Shown: positions 11,005 to 20,599 of the stretch, one piece after another
Layout: every line of letters starts with the position of its first letter
Position numbering within the stretch: the first letter of the stretch is position 1
Assembly (NCBI GenBank): GCA_963663865.1
Contig: OY760686.1
Span: 2,848,001-2,912,000 of the forward strand
From: Spirochaetota bacterium
GTDB lineage: Bacteria; Spirochaetota; UBA4802; UBA5550
Direction of reading: 5' to 3'
DNA length: 64,000 bases
Translations under genes and position numbers: made by a program
The notes under the pieces: model-generated
What the model was told of the DNA's origin: nothing
What the model saw: only the letters and a program-made list of their open reading frames with translations
Databases searched by the model: none

Positions 11005-14000
11005 TTATTCATCCCTATACTTCTTAAAGTTTTCAGCCTGTTCAAATATCTCTTTGAACACTTCATCCTTCGGAACCGGTGGATACCCGTGTTCTGCGAG
11101 AATCAGTATCAAATCAACTTTCAATTCCGCCTTTATATCGTCTCGTTGTGACCAGTCGGTGTACCTGGCCTTGTCATCAACGACCTTCTTTACTGCTTGC
11201 GATAATGCAATAAGCTTTTCGTGCGGGTATTCAAATTCATGCTTTTCTGCGACTGCTTTCAGAATGTCATAGAAGGCTTTTTCCTCAAAATTGATACCCA
11301 TTTCTTCGAATGAGTTTTTCTCTTTTTGCAGGTCTTTGAAAAGGTCCGCGAAATGCTGGGCAATATCATCAAGAACATCGTTTGCAAGTGCAAGGCTCTC
11401 TTTTCGTTCGTTGTATTTTTCGATTAAGGCCTTAAACCGCTTGGTAAAATCTATTCCTTTTATTCTGTTAACCTTTTTGAACTCATCTATTGCTTTTTTG
11501 AGTAATTGTTGTAAGAGTTTTATCTTCGTATTCGGCAATTTAATCCTGTCGATTTTTGCCATGTATTCATCACTGAAAATATCGATGTCTTTGTCAGCCT
11601 CATTTTCGCCAAGCTTGAAAACTTCCTCAACACCGTCAGCCAACAGTGCTTCTTTTATCATCTCCCGGACTTTCTCGTTCATCTGGGCAGTGTCAGGTGC
11701 ATTCCCCTTGGTCAGCTTGTGTACTATAGAGGCTATTGCCATATAAAAATGAATATGGTCCCGTTCATTTTGATTTAGCTCCTCGCTGGTTGAGCAGATT
11801 TTATATGCACCCCTGAGTTTTTTTGTCATTGCCATGAAGCGGGTTTCAGCTTCTTTTGTAATCTGAACGTATTCTGCACCCTTGTTCAGGCATTCAAGCT
11901 GCTGCAATGGCGTACCGTTGAAATAAGGATTAGTATCGAATTTTAGAAAAAGTCTTCTCAGCAAATCAAGCTGGTCTTTTACGATAATGACCGCTTTATG
12001 GATATCCTCAAAATCGTCTTCTTCGACCTGTGAATATTTCTTGAGGGCAAAATTCATGTTGCTTTTGATACCGATGTAATCGACAACAAGTCCGGCTTCT
12101 TTTCCCTCATACACACGGTTTACCCGTGAGATGGTCTGAATAAGTGAGTGCTGCTGAATTGGTTTGTCAATGTATATGGTATCGAGAAAAGGAACATCAA
12201 AACCGGTGAGCCACATGTCAACAACCATGGCAATCTTGAAATTTGACTTCGCATTCTTAAACTGCCGGTCAAGTTCTTTGCGGTAGTCTTTTGTTCCAAG
12301 CATATCCCAGAGTTCTTTGGGATCGTCTTTGCCTCTGGTCATCACCATTTTGATTTTTTCCATCGGCTTAATTTCTTTTCGGTCTTTTTCCGAAAGGGTT
12401 ACCCCTTCATCACATTCCCGTACTTCTGCCCATTGCGGGCGGAGTTTTATTATTTCCTTGTACAGGTCATATGCAATCTGTCTGCTTGATGAAACAAACA
12501 TGATTTTGCCCAGAACCGTTGAGCCTTCTTCAACCCGTTCCTCGTAATGGGCAACAAAATCCTTTGCCAACTCTTCCAGGCGGTCGGGGTCACCGAGTAT
12601 AACTTCCATATTGGTGACAGCCTTTTTACTCTCTTCTATCTGGTAATCATTAGTGCCTTCGTCAGCGCATTGCTCGTAATATTCTTCGATTTCTTGTAGC
12701 TTCTTCTTGTCCAGAAGCACCTTGGCGGCTCTTCCTTCATAAACAATGCGAACCGTGATATTATCCTGAACAGATTCCTTCATCGTGTATGCGTCTACAA
12801 CCTTGCCAAAGACATCGAGAGTGGCATCAATCGGCGTACCGGTAAAACCAACATAGGTGGCGTTGGGCAGTGAATCATGCAGGTATTTGGCAAATCCATA
12901 TGTCTTCTTCACTCCCTCTGTTGTTACACGAACCTTCTGGTCGAGATTTATTTGTGACCGGTGGGCTTCATCGGAAATACAGATGACATTCGACCGGTCT
13001 GTCAGCAATTTCATATCTTCGGTGAATTTCTGTATGGTCGTCAGGAAGACCCCTCCGCTGTTTCTGTCTTGCAGGTATTTGCGGAGTTCTTCGCGGCTTT
13101 CAACACTGATTACCGTTTCATCACCGATGAATTTCTTGGCGTTGGTGAATTGACCTGAAAGCTGGTCGTCCAAATCGGTACGGTCTGTAATTAGCACAAT
13201 GGTCGGGCTGGAAAAGTGGGCGCTTTTCATTAAAAGGCGGGTAAGGTAGAGCATGGTATAGCTCTTTCCGCTTCCGGTGGCACCGAAATACGTTCCGCCT
13301 TTACCATCACCCTCTGGCCTCATGTTTTCTTTAATGGAATGAAAGAGCTTTCGAGCCGCGTAATATTGCGGATAACGGCAGACAATCTTGATGTCTTCTT
13401 TGGTTGTATCCGGGAAATAGACGAAATTTCTGATGATGTCAACAAGCCTCTGGCGGTTGAACAGCCCTTTGACCATGGTGTACAGGGAATTGATGCCGTC
13501 TTCTTCTTTGAGTTCGTAGCCGTCTGTTTTTCGCCAGGCATAGTAGAAATCATAGGGAGCAAAAAGAGAACCTGCTCTATTGTTTGCACCGTCGCTGATA
13601 ACACAAAAGACATTGTATTTCAGCAGTTCCGGAATATCCCGCCTGTAACGTATGGTCAACTGGTCATAGGCATTCTTGATAGTTGTGTTTTCTTTGATAG
13701 CACTTTTGAACTCTATAACAACAAGCGGAATACCATTGATATAGACAATGGTATCGGGTATGCGTTTCTCATAGCCCTGGATTTCAAGCTGGTTTGCAAT
13801 TTTGTAAATATTCTGGCTGGTGTCATACTGTGCAGATTCTTCTGCTACAATAGTTGTTAATTCATAGGCTTTTGGTTTTAGCGTCGGTGGAAGATTACTG
13901 TAGTCAATGAGTTCAATAAAAAGGTCTTTTTTGGTGCGGTCTTCCCGTTTGAGAACGAAACCGTCTGCAATGAGTTTGTTGATTTCCTTGTTGCTTTCGT

Positions 14001-14229
14001 AGAGCGCCGAAGATGGGTATAGTTCAAGTTTACGTATGATTGAAGAGATTTCATTCAGGGTAATATCTTCAGAAGAATATCTGTTGAACAGGTATTGTTT
14101 GAGGTCATCACGAAGCAGTACATCCGCCATCTCTTTATGAATCTGGTCGCCGGTGAGGTGTTTATAGCCTTCGGCTTCAAAAAGTTCGATTACGGCTTGT
14201 TCAAGTTTTTCTTCGGTGAATTTAATCAA
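11005..14229 (-). CDS. hsdR: Type I restriction enzyme, R subunit
   Basis: PD..YINGIPLVVIEFK nuclease motif, ATGSGKS, DEAHRSQ, GFTGTP, VVDMWLTGFDVP, QTISRVNR. Confidence 0.97.
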   Translation of the reverse strand: MIKFTEEKLEQAVIELFEAEGYKHLTGDQIHKEMADVLLRDDLKQYLFNRYSSEDITLNEISSIIRKLELYPSSALYESNKEINKLIADGFVLKREDRTKKDLFIELIDYSNLPPTLKPKAYELTTIVAEESAQYDTSQNIYKIANQLEIQGYEKRIPDTIVYINGIPLVVIEFKSAIKENTTIKNAYDQLTIRYRRDIPELLKYNVFCVISDGANNRAGSLFAPYDFYYAWRKTDGYELKEEDGINSLYTMVKGLFNRQRLVDIIRNFVYFPDTTKEDIKIVCRYPQYYAARKLFHSIKENMRPEGDGKGGTYFGATGSGKSYTMLYLTRLLMKSAHFSSPTIVLITDRTDLDDQLSGQFTNAKKFIGDETVISVESREELRKYLQDRNSGGVFLTTIQKFTEDMKLLTDRSNVICISDEAHRSQINLDQKVRVTTEGVKKTYGFAKYLHDSLPNATYVGFTGTPIDATLDVFGKVVDAYTMKESVQDNITVRIVYEGRAAKVLLDKKKLQEIEEYYEQCADEGTNDYQIEESKKAVTNMEVILGDPDRLEELAKDFVAHYEERVEEGSTVLGKIMFVSSSRQIAYDLYKEIIKLRPQWAEVRECDEGVTLSEKDRKEIKPMEKIKMVMTRGKDDPKELWDMLGTKDYRKELDRQFKNAKSNFKIAMVVDMWLTGFDVPFLDTIYIDKPIQQHSLIQTISRVNRVYEGKEAGLVVDYIGIKSNMNFALKKYSQVEEDDFEDIHKAVIIVKDQLDLLRRLFLKFDTNPYFNGTPLQQLECLNKGAEYVQITKEAETRFMAMTKKLRGAYKICSTSEELNQNERDHIHFYMAIASIVHKLTKGNAPDTAQMNEKVREMIKEALLADGVEEVFKLGENEADKDIDIFSDEYMAKIDRIKLPNTKIKLLQQLLKKAIDEFKKVNRIKGIDFTKRFKALIEKYNERKESLALANDVLDDIAQHFADLFKDLQKEKNSFEEMGINFEEKAFYDILKAVAEKHEFEYPHEKLIALSQAVKKVVDDKARYTDWSQRDDIKAELKVDLILILAEHGYPPVPKDEVFKEIFEQAENFKKYRDE

Positions 14230-15586
14230 CTATTACCTCCCAGTGCCCGCCCCTGGCAGGTCCGATACGTTTGAGCAGTCCCTTTTTCTTGAGTAATGCT
14301 ATCTGTTTTTCCACTGCCCGGGATGAAATGCCAATACTAGAAGCCAGTTCTTCAGCAGATATATCAGGCGAATTTTTTATCAGCTCCAGAATTTTCTCCG
14401 AACTTTTCTCCGAACCTTTCTCCGAACTTTTCTCCGAACTTTTCTCGCCGTGGTTCCCGGGAGACTGAACAAACAAAGTCGTAGAAACCCCGCCATTCTT
14501 TTCAACTATCTCCGGTTCCGGTAATCCGGCATCTTTACAGGCATTAATGATTTTCAGCGTTCCCCGGCCCCAGGCATCAATATAGCCGCCTAAAAAACAG
14601 GTGTTGGCCAAAAGGGGATTTCGTGGGCGTGAACTGTGTTCTTTTTTGAGGTCTTCGAGGCTCAAACCGTAGGGTAAAGCGCCTTCATTCCAGATGGAAA
14701 GCCGGTCATCATAGACCCGCATTTGAATCGTTGCGCCCATGTAGGTGCGGTGAACCAGCGCATTCAAAAGCATTTCTCTTAGCGCTGCAACCGGATAAAG
14801 ATCATGTTCCAGCCGTTGAAAGCCTTCAAAAGTAATGGGGCGAATCAAAAATTTATGATTAAGCTGTACCTGAACTTCGTGGTACATATGTACCAGATTA
14901 CCCTCGATAATTTCATGAAACCGTAAATCCGCGGCATCTACGCCAAAACGGCCGATTTTTACCTGTATATTGGGATAAAACCGCATGGGGTCTTTACCAA
15001 ACATGATAATGGCAGCCCGTTTAAGTTTTTTGCCATCAGTGAGTTTGAGTTTTTCCAAAAACTGAAAGGCGTTTAAACCTCTGGTTTCAGGCAATCGGCC
15101 TTTGTCGCTGCTGTCTTCGATGAATATGGCAATGCTCTTTTCGTCGATGTCTTTAATCGTCGCATTATCTTCGACCATGTCATCCCAGGTTTTCCCGGCT
15201 TTTTTAATGAGAAACTCATTGAGTTCCACGCCGGTAAGCTCCATTTTGGTGCTGCCGGAACGGTAATAAAATCTTCCCCGCAGAGAAACCGGCACGGAGT
15301 AAGGATTGACCTGAATGCTGATATATTTTTTATCGTCTTCTTCATGAAGCTGCACATCGCAAATAATACCCATGGCATTGCGGATTTTATTAGGGAGGTC
15401 TTCCATGAGTTTTGCGTAATCGGATAAGCCAACGACTTTTCCGCTGTCATCCCTGCCGATAAAAATCATTCCTCCGATGGCGTTGGCAAAACCGCAGATC
15501 CATTTGAGGTAATCGTCGTGCCAGGAAGATTTGAATTCGGTGTTGTGGGATTCGGGGGTATGTTTGATCCCTTTCTCTTTATCCAC
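14222..15586 (-). CDS. AlbA_2 (Schlafen-like) domain + RecG-C/HATPase_c_4-like domain + winged HTH protein
   Basis: ESHNTEFKSS..ICGFANAIGGMIFIGRDDSG; YPVAALREMLLNALVHRTY; RPRNPLLA..GRGTLKI; C-terminal LKRIGPARGGHWEV. Confidence 0.88.
   Translation of the reverse strand: MDKEKGIKHTPESHNTEFKSSWHDDYLKWICGFANAIGGMIFIGRDDSGKVVGLSDYAKLMEDLPNKIRNAMGIICDVQLHEEDDKKYISIQVNPYSVPVSLRGRFYYRSGSTKMELTGVELNEFLIKKAGKTWDDMVEDNATIKDIDEKSIAIFIEDSSDKGRLPETRGLNAFQFLEKLKLTDGKKLKRAAIIMFGKDPMRFYPNIQVKIGRFGVDAADLRFHEIIEGNLVHMYHEVQVQLNHKFLIRPITFEGFQRLEHDLYPVAALREMLLNALVHRTYMGATIQMRVYDDRLSIWNEGALPYGLSLEDLKKEHSSRPRNPLLANTCFLGGYIDAWGRGTLKIINACKDAGLPEPEIVEKNGGVSTTLFVQSPGNHGEKSSEKSSEKGSEKSSEKILELIKNSPDISAEELASSIGISSRAVEKQIALLKKKGLLKRIGPARGGHWEVIVD
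14392..14446. repeat. 12-bp coding tandem repeat (about 4.5 units)
   Basis: (TTTTCTCCGAAC)n, encoding EKSSEKSSEKGSEKSSEK just before the HTH. Confidence 0.9.
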
Positions 15587-17603
15587 TCATCACCTCTTTT
15601 TGAACACCCACCTGTGTTAAATCCACAACTTCCCATCCTGCTGATTTATAGGTTTCAAAACTATGAGTAATATTTTCTTTTAAGCATGCGAAACAAAGCA
15701 AATGTGTAGGTCTTGAAAAGCCAACATACATCATTTTGACTGCTTGTTTATCATATTTACCATTACAACAATGCTCTTGAGCTAATAAAGGATTAGAATT
15801 TCTTTTTATAATCTTTTCACTTTCGTAAGGAGGTCGTTGATATGCTGTTTCTACATACATTGTAGCACAATGCGTTTGCCCTTTTGCTGAATGAACAGTG
15901 CCAATTTCAATTTTCATTGAATTCTCGTCATCATTTCTTGTATGATCGTTTGTACTATTTATAATTATTCTTTCTAAATGGCTGCCAATAAACTTAATTG
16001 TATTCTGTGAAATTGTTAGATCAAACCATGTTTTAAAATCATTCTCAATAAATTCTTTTATATTGTTGTATGTTTCTTTATAATTCTTATTAACAGCCAG
16101 ATCGAATGACCATTGATATACTTTGCTTTTAAATAATTCATAATCACAATGGTTTTCTTTTGATTTAATATATTCTATCATTTCGGCTTTTGTGTAATAC
16201 CGGTTTACCTGACTGCCTCGTATTTTTATCAGGTGAGTTTTACCTTCAATTCTTAAAACATGAATTAAGGCATTTAAAACAGCTTTTCTGACTGCTTCTA
16301 AAGTAGGCTTTTTATGATCAAATAATTGTACATATTTACTCAGAGAATTATATGATTCTTTATTCCCTGCCGCTTCTTTTTTATATGATTTAAAAATATC
16401 TTCTAACCGTAGTTTGCCGTCATGATCTTCAGCATCGTCCCACCTGGCATTCCATCCTATTATCTTAAAACCATATTTTTCTGCTTCTTTAGCTTTATGA
16501 AGTGAAAAGTTATGGATTAATTCTTTAAATTTCTCTTCTAATTGTTTCATAGTATTATTATCAAACAGAATAATATGCGGTTTGATTGGTATATTAAGAT
16601 TCCTGCGTCCCTCAACAACAAAACGAGGCGAATCGTTTTCATCTTGTTGTTTGTCAAGTGTAAAACAATTGACGATACTGGCTATTTCACGAGTCAGCCT
16701 GTTCGAACCATTTAAGTACATTTGATTTCTTGGCACCCAGTCTGCTTCAACCTTAATTTTTTTCGCGGAATTATAGATTGCCTGATTAATATCACCAATT
16801 CTTTGAATTACTGTTGATATATTTGTACCATAAAATATTTTATCAATAATTTTAATTTGAGTCTCATCTAAATCCTGCATTTCATCAATAAAAACGTATT
16901 TGAAACGACATTGCAGAATTTCTATTATTTCAAAATGTTTTTCTAAGTAATAATCAGCCAACTCAAAAGAATTATAGTAGAAAATCTCTCCATTGTTTTT
17001 TAGATCATCATATATTTTTTTTAATTGTTTACCAGACGCAGATGTAAAACTGAGAGAACAACTTCTAAATCTATTTGAAACAAAATTATTTTGACTGTAT
17101 TTTATTGTTTTTACAACATCGATAATTATTTCATTGTTTCTAAGAAGTTTTTTTAAATAAAAATACACTTTACTTTGTAAACCTATCTTCTTTACTATTT
17201 GGTCGTTTATTAAATCATCATCATTTATTCTGATATAAGAACCATATTTTTCAAAACAGGCCTGGTTCGCGATAAATGTATTCACAAAACTTTGCACTGT
17301 CCCGACAAAATTAGGATACTGAAAAAGTACAGGGCAAAATGGCTTTAGATGCTTTTCAATTTCTTCCACCGCTGCGTTGGTATGGGACAAAACTAGAATT
17401 CCTGAACCGTCTTTAAATGGCAAATGTTTTGCGATGCAATAAAGCTTTGCCAAAAGTGCGGTCGTTTTTCCGCTCCCTGGAACCGCCAACAAATCACAGG
17501 CGTCCAGGTTTTTAATAAAGGGAACACGTTCTTCTGGATCAAACGTTTTTCCGCCAATTAAAATCTTCTCAGCTTCTTTGATATGTTCATCTTGAATAAT
17601 CAT
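15579..17603 (-). CDS. gajB: UvrD/SF1 helicase-like protein (Gabija GajB-like)
   Basis: AVPGSGKTT, LSHTNAA, FIDEMQD, IGDINQAIY, TVHSAKGQT, YVGFSRP. Directly downstream of and overlapping an OLD nuclease gene. Confidence 0.8.
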   Translation of the reverse strand: MIIQDEHIKEAEKILIGGKTFDPEERVPFIKNLDACDLLAVPGSGKTTALLAKLYCIAKHLPFKDGSGILVLSHTNAAVEEIEKHLKPFCPVLFQYPNFVGTVQSFVNTFIANQACFEKYGSYIRINDDDLINDQIVKKIGLQSKVYFYLKKLLRNNEIIIDVVKTIKYSQNNFVSNRFRSCSLSFTSASGKQLKKIYDDLKNNGEIFYYNSFELADYYLEKHFEIIEILQCRFKYVFIDEMQDLDETQIKIIDKIFYGTNISTVIQRIGDINQAIYNSAKKIKVEADWVPRNQMYLNGSNRLTREIASIVNCFTLDKQQDENDSPRFVVEGRRNLNIPIKPHIILFDNNTMKQLEEKFKELIHNFSLHKAKEAEKYGFKIIGWNARWDDAEDHDGKLRLEDIFKSYKKEAAGNKESYNSLSKYVQLFDHKKPTLEAVRKAVLNALIHVLRIEGKTHLIKIRGSQVNRYYTKAEMIEYIKSKENHCDYELFKSKVYQWSFDLAVNKNYKETYNNIKEFIENDFKTWFDLTISQNTIKFIGSHLERIIINSTNDHTRNDDENSMKIEIGTVHSAKGQTHCATMYVETAYQRPPYESEKIIKRNSNPLLAQEHCCNGKYDKQAVKMMYVGFSRPTHLLCFACLKENITHSFETYKSAGWEVVDLTQVGVQKEVMSG

Positions 17604-19365
17604 TTTTCCTACATGCGTGTTTTATTGCATTTATAAGGTATTGGATATATTCATCGTTTTCATCGATAGTTAACCTGTTTTCAATAATTCTTTCCGCAAA
17701 GCAATTTGCAACCTTTACCTTATCTAATGGTGAAGTACTGTTTCTTTTACTTAACTTTTCAATCAGTTTTGTTTTAAAATCAGATTTAAACTTATTATTT
17801 TCTTCTGGTTTAAATTCATCAGTGCCTGAATGAACTTCGGAAACCGTTTTTTTAAACTGTTCCGATAAGTTTGACTTGAACAAGCACCATTCCAGAGTCC
17901 ATTGCTTGGCAATCTCCAATTTGACATCCGTGCCATTAAAAATTTTAAAAGCTTTTATGATACTTGTTCTTTTCTCTGATTCCATTTCAGTATTGAAATC
18001 TCCATTTTCATCAGGACGAACATCCAAATCCGTAACCACTGAAACAGGAACACCCATTCCCATGCCGTCTTTTCTCAAATAAATTTTCGCGAAATGCAAA
18101 TAAGCAGTAGACCCTACATTGACAATGGACACCTCATTTTTCGTCAAATCATAACCGATTCTTTCTGCTAGGGCAGGGATTAAAATTTCTTCTGCCCAGC
18201 CTTCAACAATTATGACCCCTTTGGCGAAGAAAAGATTGGATTTTGTTACATCCATAAAACGTTTTAAATATGAATAGTTATCAGGCTCTAGCTTAGTATT
18301 CTCTTTTCTCAAGGGATATACATAACAATCTTTACATATAATTAATTTTTCAATATCTACTTTAGAAGCAAGGTTTGGGCTGTGGGTGGTCAAAATAAAC
18401 TGGACTTCCTTTTCATTTAACAAAGCCTCGACCACTTTCATTTGAGCCTGCGGATGTAAATGGGCTTCCAATTCTTCTATAAGGCAAAGTTTCAACCCGT
18501 TCCACTCTTTTTTCAGGTGCAAGAGTTCTGCCGCCATATAAAGACGGTTCATAGTGCCAAGCCCCAGGTTTTTAGATTCGGAAATGCCTAAGGATATTTT
18601 TTCCAGGATTGCTTTTATTTCCGGGTCAGTAAGTTGCAAACTTGAATTAACGGTTTCTTCTATAAATTTCTGTAAAAAACCGTCTACTATATCCTTAATT
18701 TGTTCCTTATTTCCTTTTTCTCCTTCAACAGTGGCGGGTGTTTCAAACCAGATTTTAATTTTTTCATTAACCTCTGAGAACCAACTTACGAATTCGTGCT
18801 TCTGCCCTTCTTTTTCCTTAAATAAATCATGTCCCTGTAGAATTTGAGAAACTCTTGAATTCTTCTTTGCCACCAATTCATTGTCAGCATCCCTTAACGG
18901 TTTTAAATATGTGGATTTCAAATATTCCCGTGCTTCCGCGTTGAGTGGAAAACCTGTTGCATCCATCCCCGCTTTAATATCTGTAGGTAGAATACGATCG
19001 TTTTTTCTTTCTACTTCATAAATAAGACGTAGAATGGGCTTCGCGCCATCACCTTCGCCTTCCCATCCAAGCCATTCCGTAAAATTCTTGGCTTCCTCCA
19101 TTTTTAAGCCTTTAAGTATTATTTCTATACGAAATTTATTTGAATCATTGTAAAAATCTGTATCTTCAACTTTAATCCACTCATAAGCATGTGTTTTTAA
19201 AACTAATTTTATTGCATCCAGAATTGCTGTTTTTCCGGAATCATTCTCACCAATTAATACATTCAGACCTTCATTGAAAGGAACAGTTAAATGGGGCTGT
19301 ACCAAATTCCATTCTGATTTTCCATATTTCCTGAAATTCCAGAGTTTAAGCTCTGATATATACAT
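17587..19365 (-). CDS. gajA: OLD-family ABC-ATPase/TOPRIM nuclease (Gabija GajA-like)
   Basis: MYISELKLWNFR, Walker A GENDSGKT, Walker B LIEELEAHLHPQAQ, TTHSP, TOPRIM VEGWAE and TDLD. Confidence 0.85.
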   Translation of the reverse strand: MYISELKLWNFRKYGKSEWNLVQPHLTVPFNEGLNVLIGENDSGKTAILDAIKLVLKTHAYEWIKVEDTDFYNDSNKFRIEIILKGLKMEEAKNFTEWLGWEGEGDGAKPILRLIYEVERKNDRILPTDIKAGMDATGFPLNAEAREYLKSTYLKPLRDADNELVAKKNSRVSQILQGHDLFKEKEGQKHEFVSWFSEVNEKIKIWFETPATVEGEKGNKEQIKDIVDGFLQKFIEETVNSSLQLTDPEIKAILEKISLGISESKNLGLGTMNRLYMAAELLHLKKEWNGLKLCLIEELEAHLHPQAQMKVVEALLNEKEVQFILTTHSPNLASKVDIEKLIICKDCYVYPLRKENTKLEPDNYSYLKRFMDVTKSNLFFAKGVIIVEGWAEEILIPALAERIGYDLTKNEVSIVNVGSTAYLHFAKIYLRKDGMGMGVPVSVVTDLDVRPDENGDFNTEMESEKRTSIIKAFKIFNGTDVKLEIAKQWTLEWCLFKSNLSEQFKKTVSEVHSGTDEFKPEENNKFKSDFKTKLIEKLSKRNSTSPLDKVKVANCFAERIIENRLTIDENDEYIQYLINAIKHACRKNDYSR

Positions 19366-20599
19366 TTTGTTGTTCCGCCTTGGTCATTTTTTCAAGCAAT
19401 AACGTTTTCATCTGCCTTAATGAATTATTCTCTTTTTTACGAATATCAGCAAATTCAAATTGTGATTTAAATATTCGAGCGGACTTCAAAAGAATTTCAT
19501 CTTTTGGAAGTGGAAAATATATATTCAATAAATCCTCTGGGTTAATCGAAGGATATGTTGAAACACTCATTTCTGCCCTTGCTTGCAAACTATGTAAATT
19601 CTCAACATTAGTGATTAACAGATAAATCAATTCTCCGCAAACATTTGGGTAAGTTGGTTTTAATACAGCAAACCCTGTAGACACGATCATGTTCTGTTTG
19701 GGATTTTCTAAAATCCCAAAATGCTTAAGATTTGGGCGAACTGTTGAAAAAACTATGTCGTTATGATTTACTTTTCGTTTTGCTCTACTTGGTATGATAT
19801 CCTCATTTAAATTTAAGGTTTGCACAGCATATATTTCATTATTAGTAATATTGCTCGTATCTAAATATTCAATTGTTTTAAATTTGTCTTTAGCTGTTAG
19901 TGTTGAAACATTACATTTTGCAACATCGCCAACCGTTTTAGTACACCACCCCATCGGAATCTCCTTCTCCAATTCCTTACACCAAACCATCTCCCCGCCA
20001 CTCGACTTATACGGCTTCCCATTCTCATCCGGGAATTCAAAATCCACAAACCACTGCTTATAAATCGCCTGTGCGGTTTCTTCCAGTTTCCGGTTGAGTT
20101 GTTCGTTCAGCTTTATGCGGTTTACGATGGTGTTGTATTCGGTGACGATTTCTTTTTGTTTATCGAGGGTAGGGATGGGGAGTTGCATATTGCAAAATGC
20201 CTTCCAATGCAAGCCACCCCGTACATCAGCGTCAGTATAAAACCAGGCATTTCGGTCAAATTCTTTCCTTGAAAACCACATCATCAAGTATTCTGGGTTC
20301 AGGACATTCTCATCCTTTATTTCAAAAACGTCATAAGCGGGTGATACAAGGAAATCCTCTTCACTTGTCGATAATGCAACAGGTAGTCTTTTATCTCTTC
20401 CGACATGCATCCGGTTACAGGCAAATTGCCCCTTTTTGACCACCTTGTATTTTGTCATATCTGTACCAACAATATTTGCTACAGAGGGCATGAAGTATTT
20501 ATCAATATTTACACCAAGCAAGTTGCTGACAGTGCCTTCAGTATTTCGGGCTTTGACCTCTCTTATATACTTCCCTATGGGCTTATAATTTGATTGCAT
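19346..20599 (-). CDS. hsdS: Type I R-M specificity subunit
   Basis: Two TRDs separated by the conserved IPTLDKQKEIV..LEETAQAIYKQWFVDFEFP..GGEM..EIPMGW. Lies next to hsdM. Confidence 0.95.
   Translation of the reverse strand: MQSNYKPIGKYIREVKARNTEGTVSNLLGVNIDKYFMPSVANIVGTDMTKYKVVKKGQFACNRMHVGRDKRLPVALSTSEEDFLVSPAYDVFEIKDENVLNPEYLMMWFSRKEFDRNAWFYTDADVRGGLHWKAFCNMQLPIPTLDKQKEIVTEYNTIVNRIKLNEQLNRKLEETAQAIYKQWFVDFEFPDENGKPYKSSGGEMVWCKELEKEIPMGWCTKTVGDVAKCNVSTLTAKDKFKTIEYLDTSNITNNEIYAVQTLNLNEDIIPSRAKRKVNHNDIVFSTVRPNLKHFGILENPKQNMIVSTGFAVLKPTYPNVCGELIYLLITNVENLHSLQARAEMSVSTYPSINPEDLLNIYFPLPKDEILLKSARIFKSQFEFADIRKKENNSLRQMKTLLLEKMTKAEQQNVYIRA

Noticed and set aside
14392-14446. 12-bp tandem repeat as a phase-variation switch
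   Set aside because: The unit length is a multiple of three, so copy changes keep the frame; such linkers are common before the wHTH in this family.
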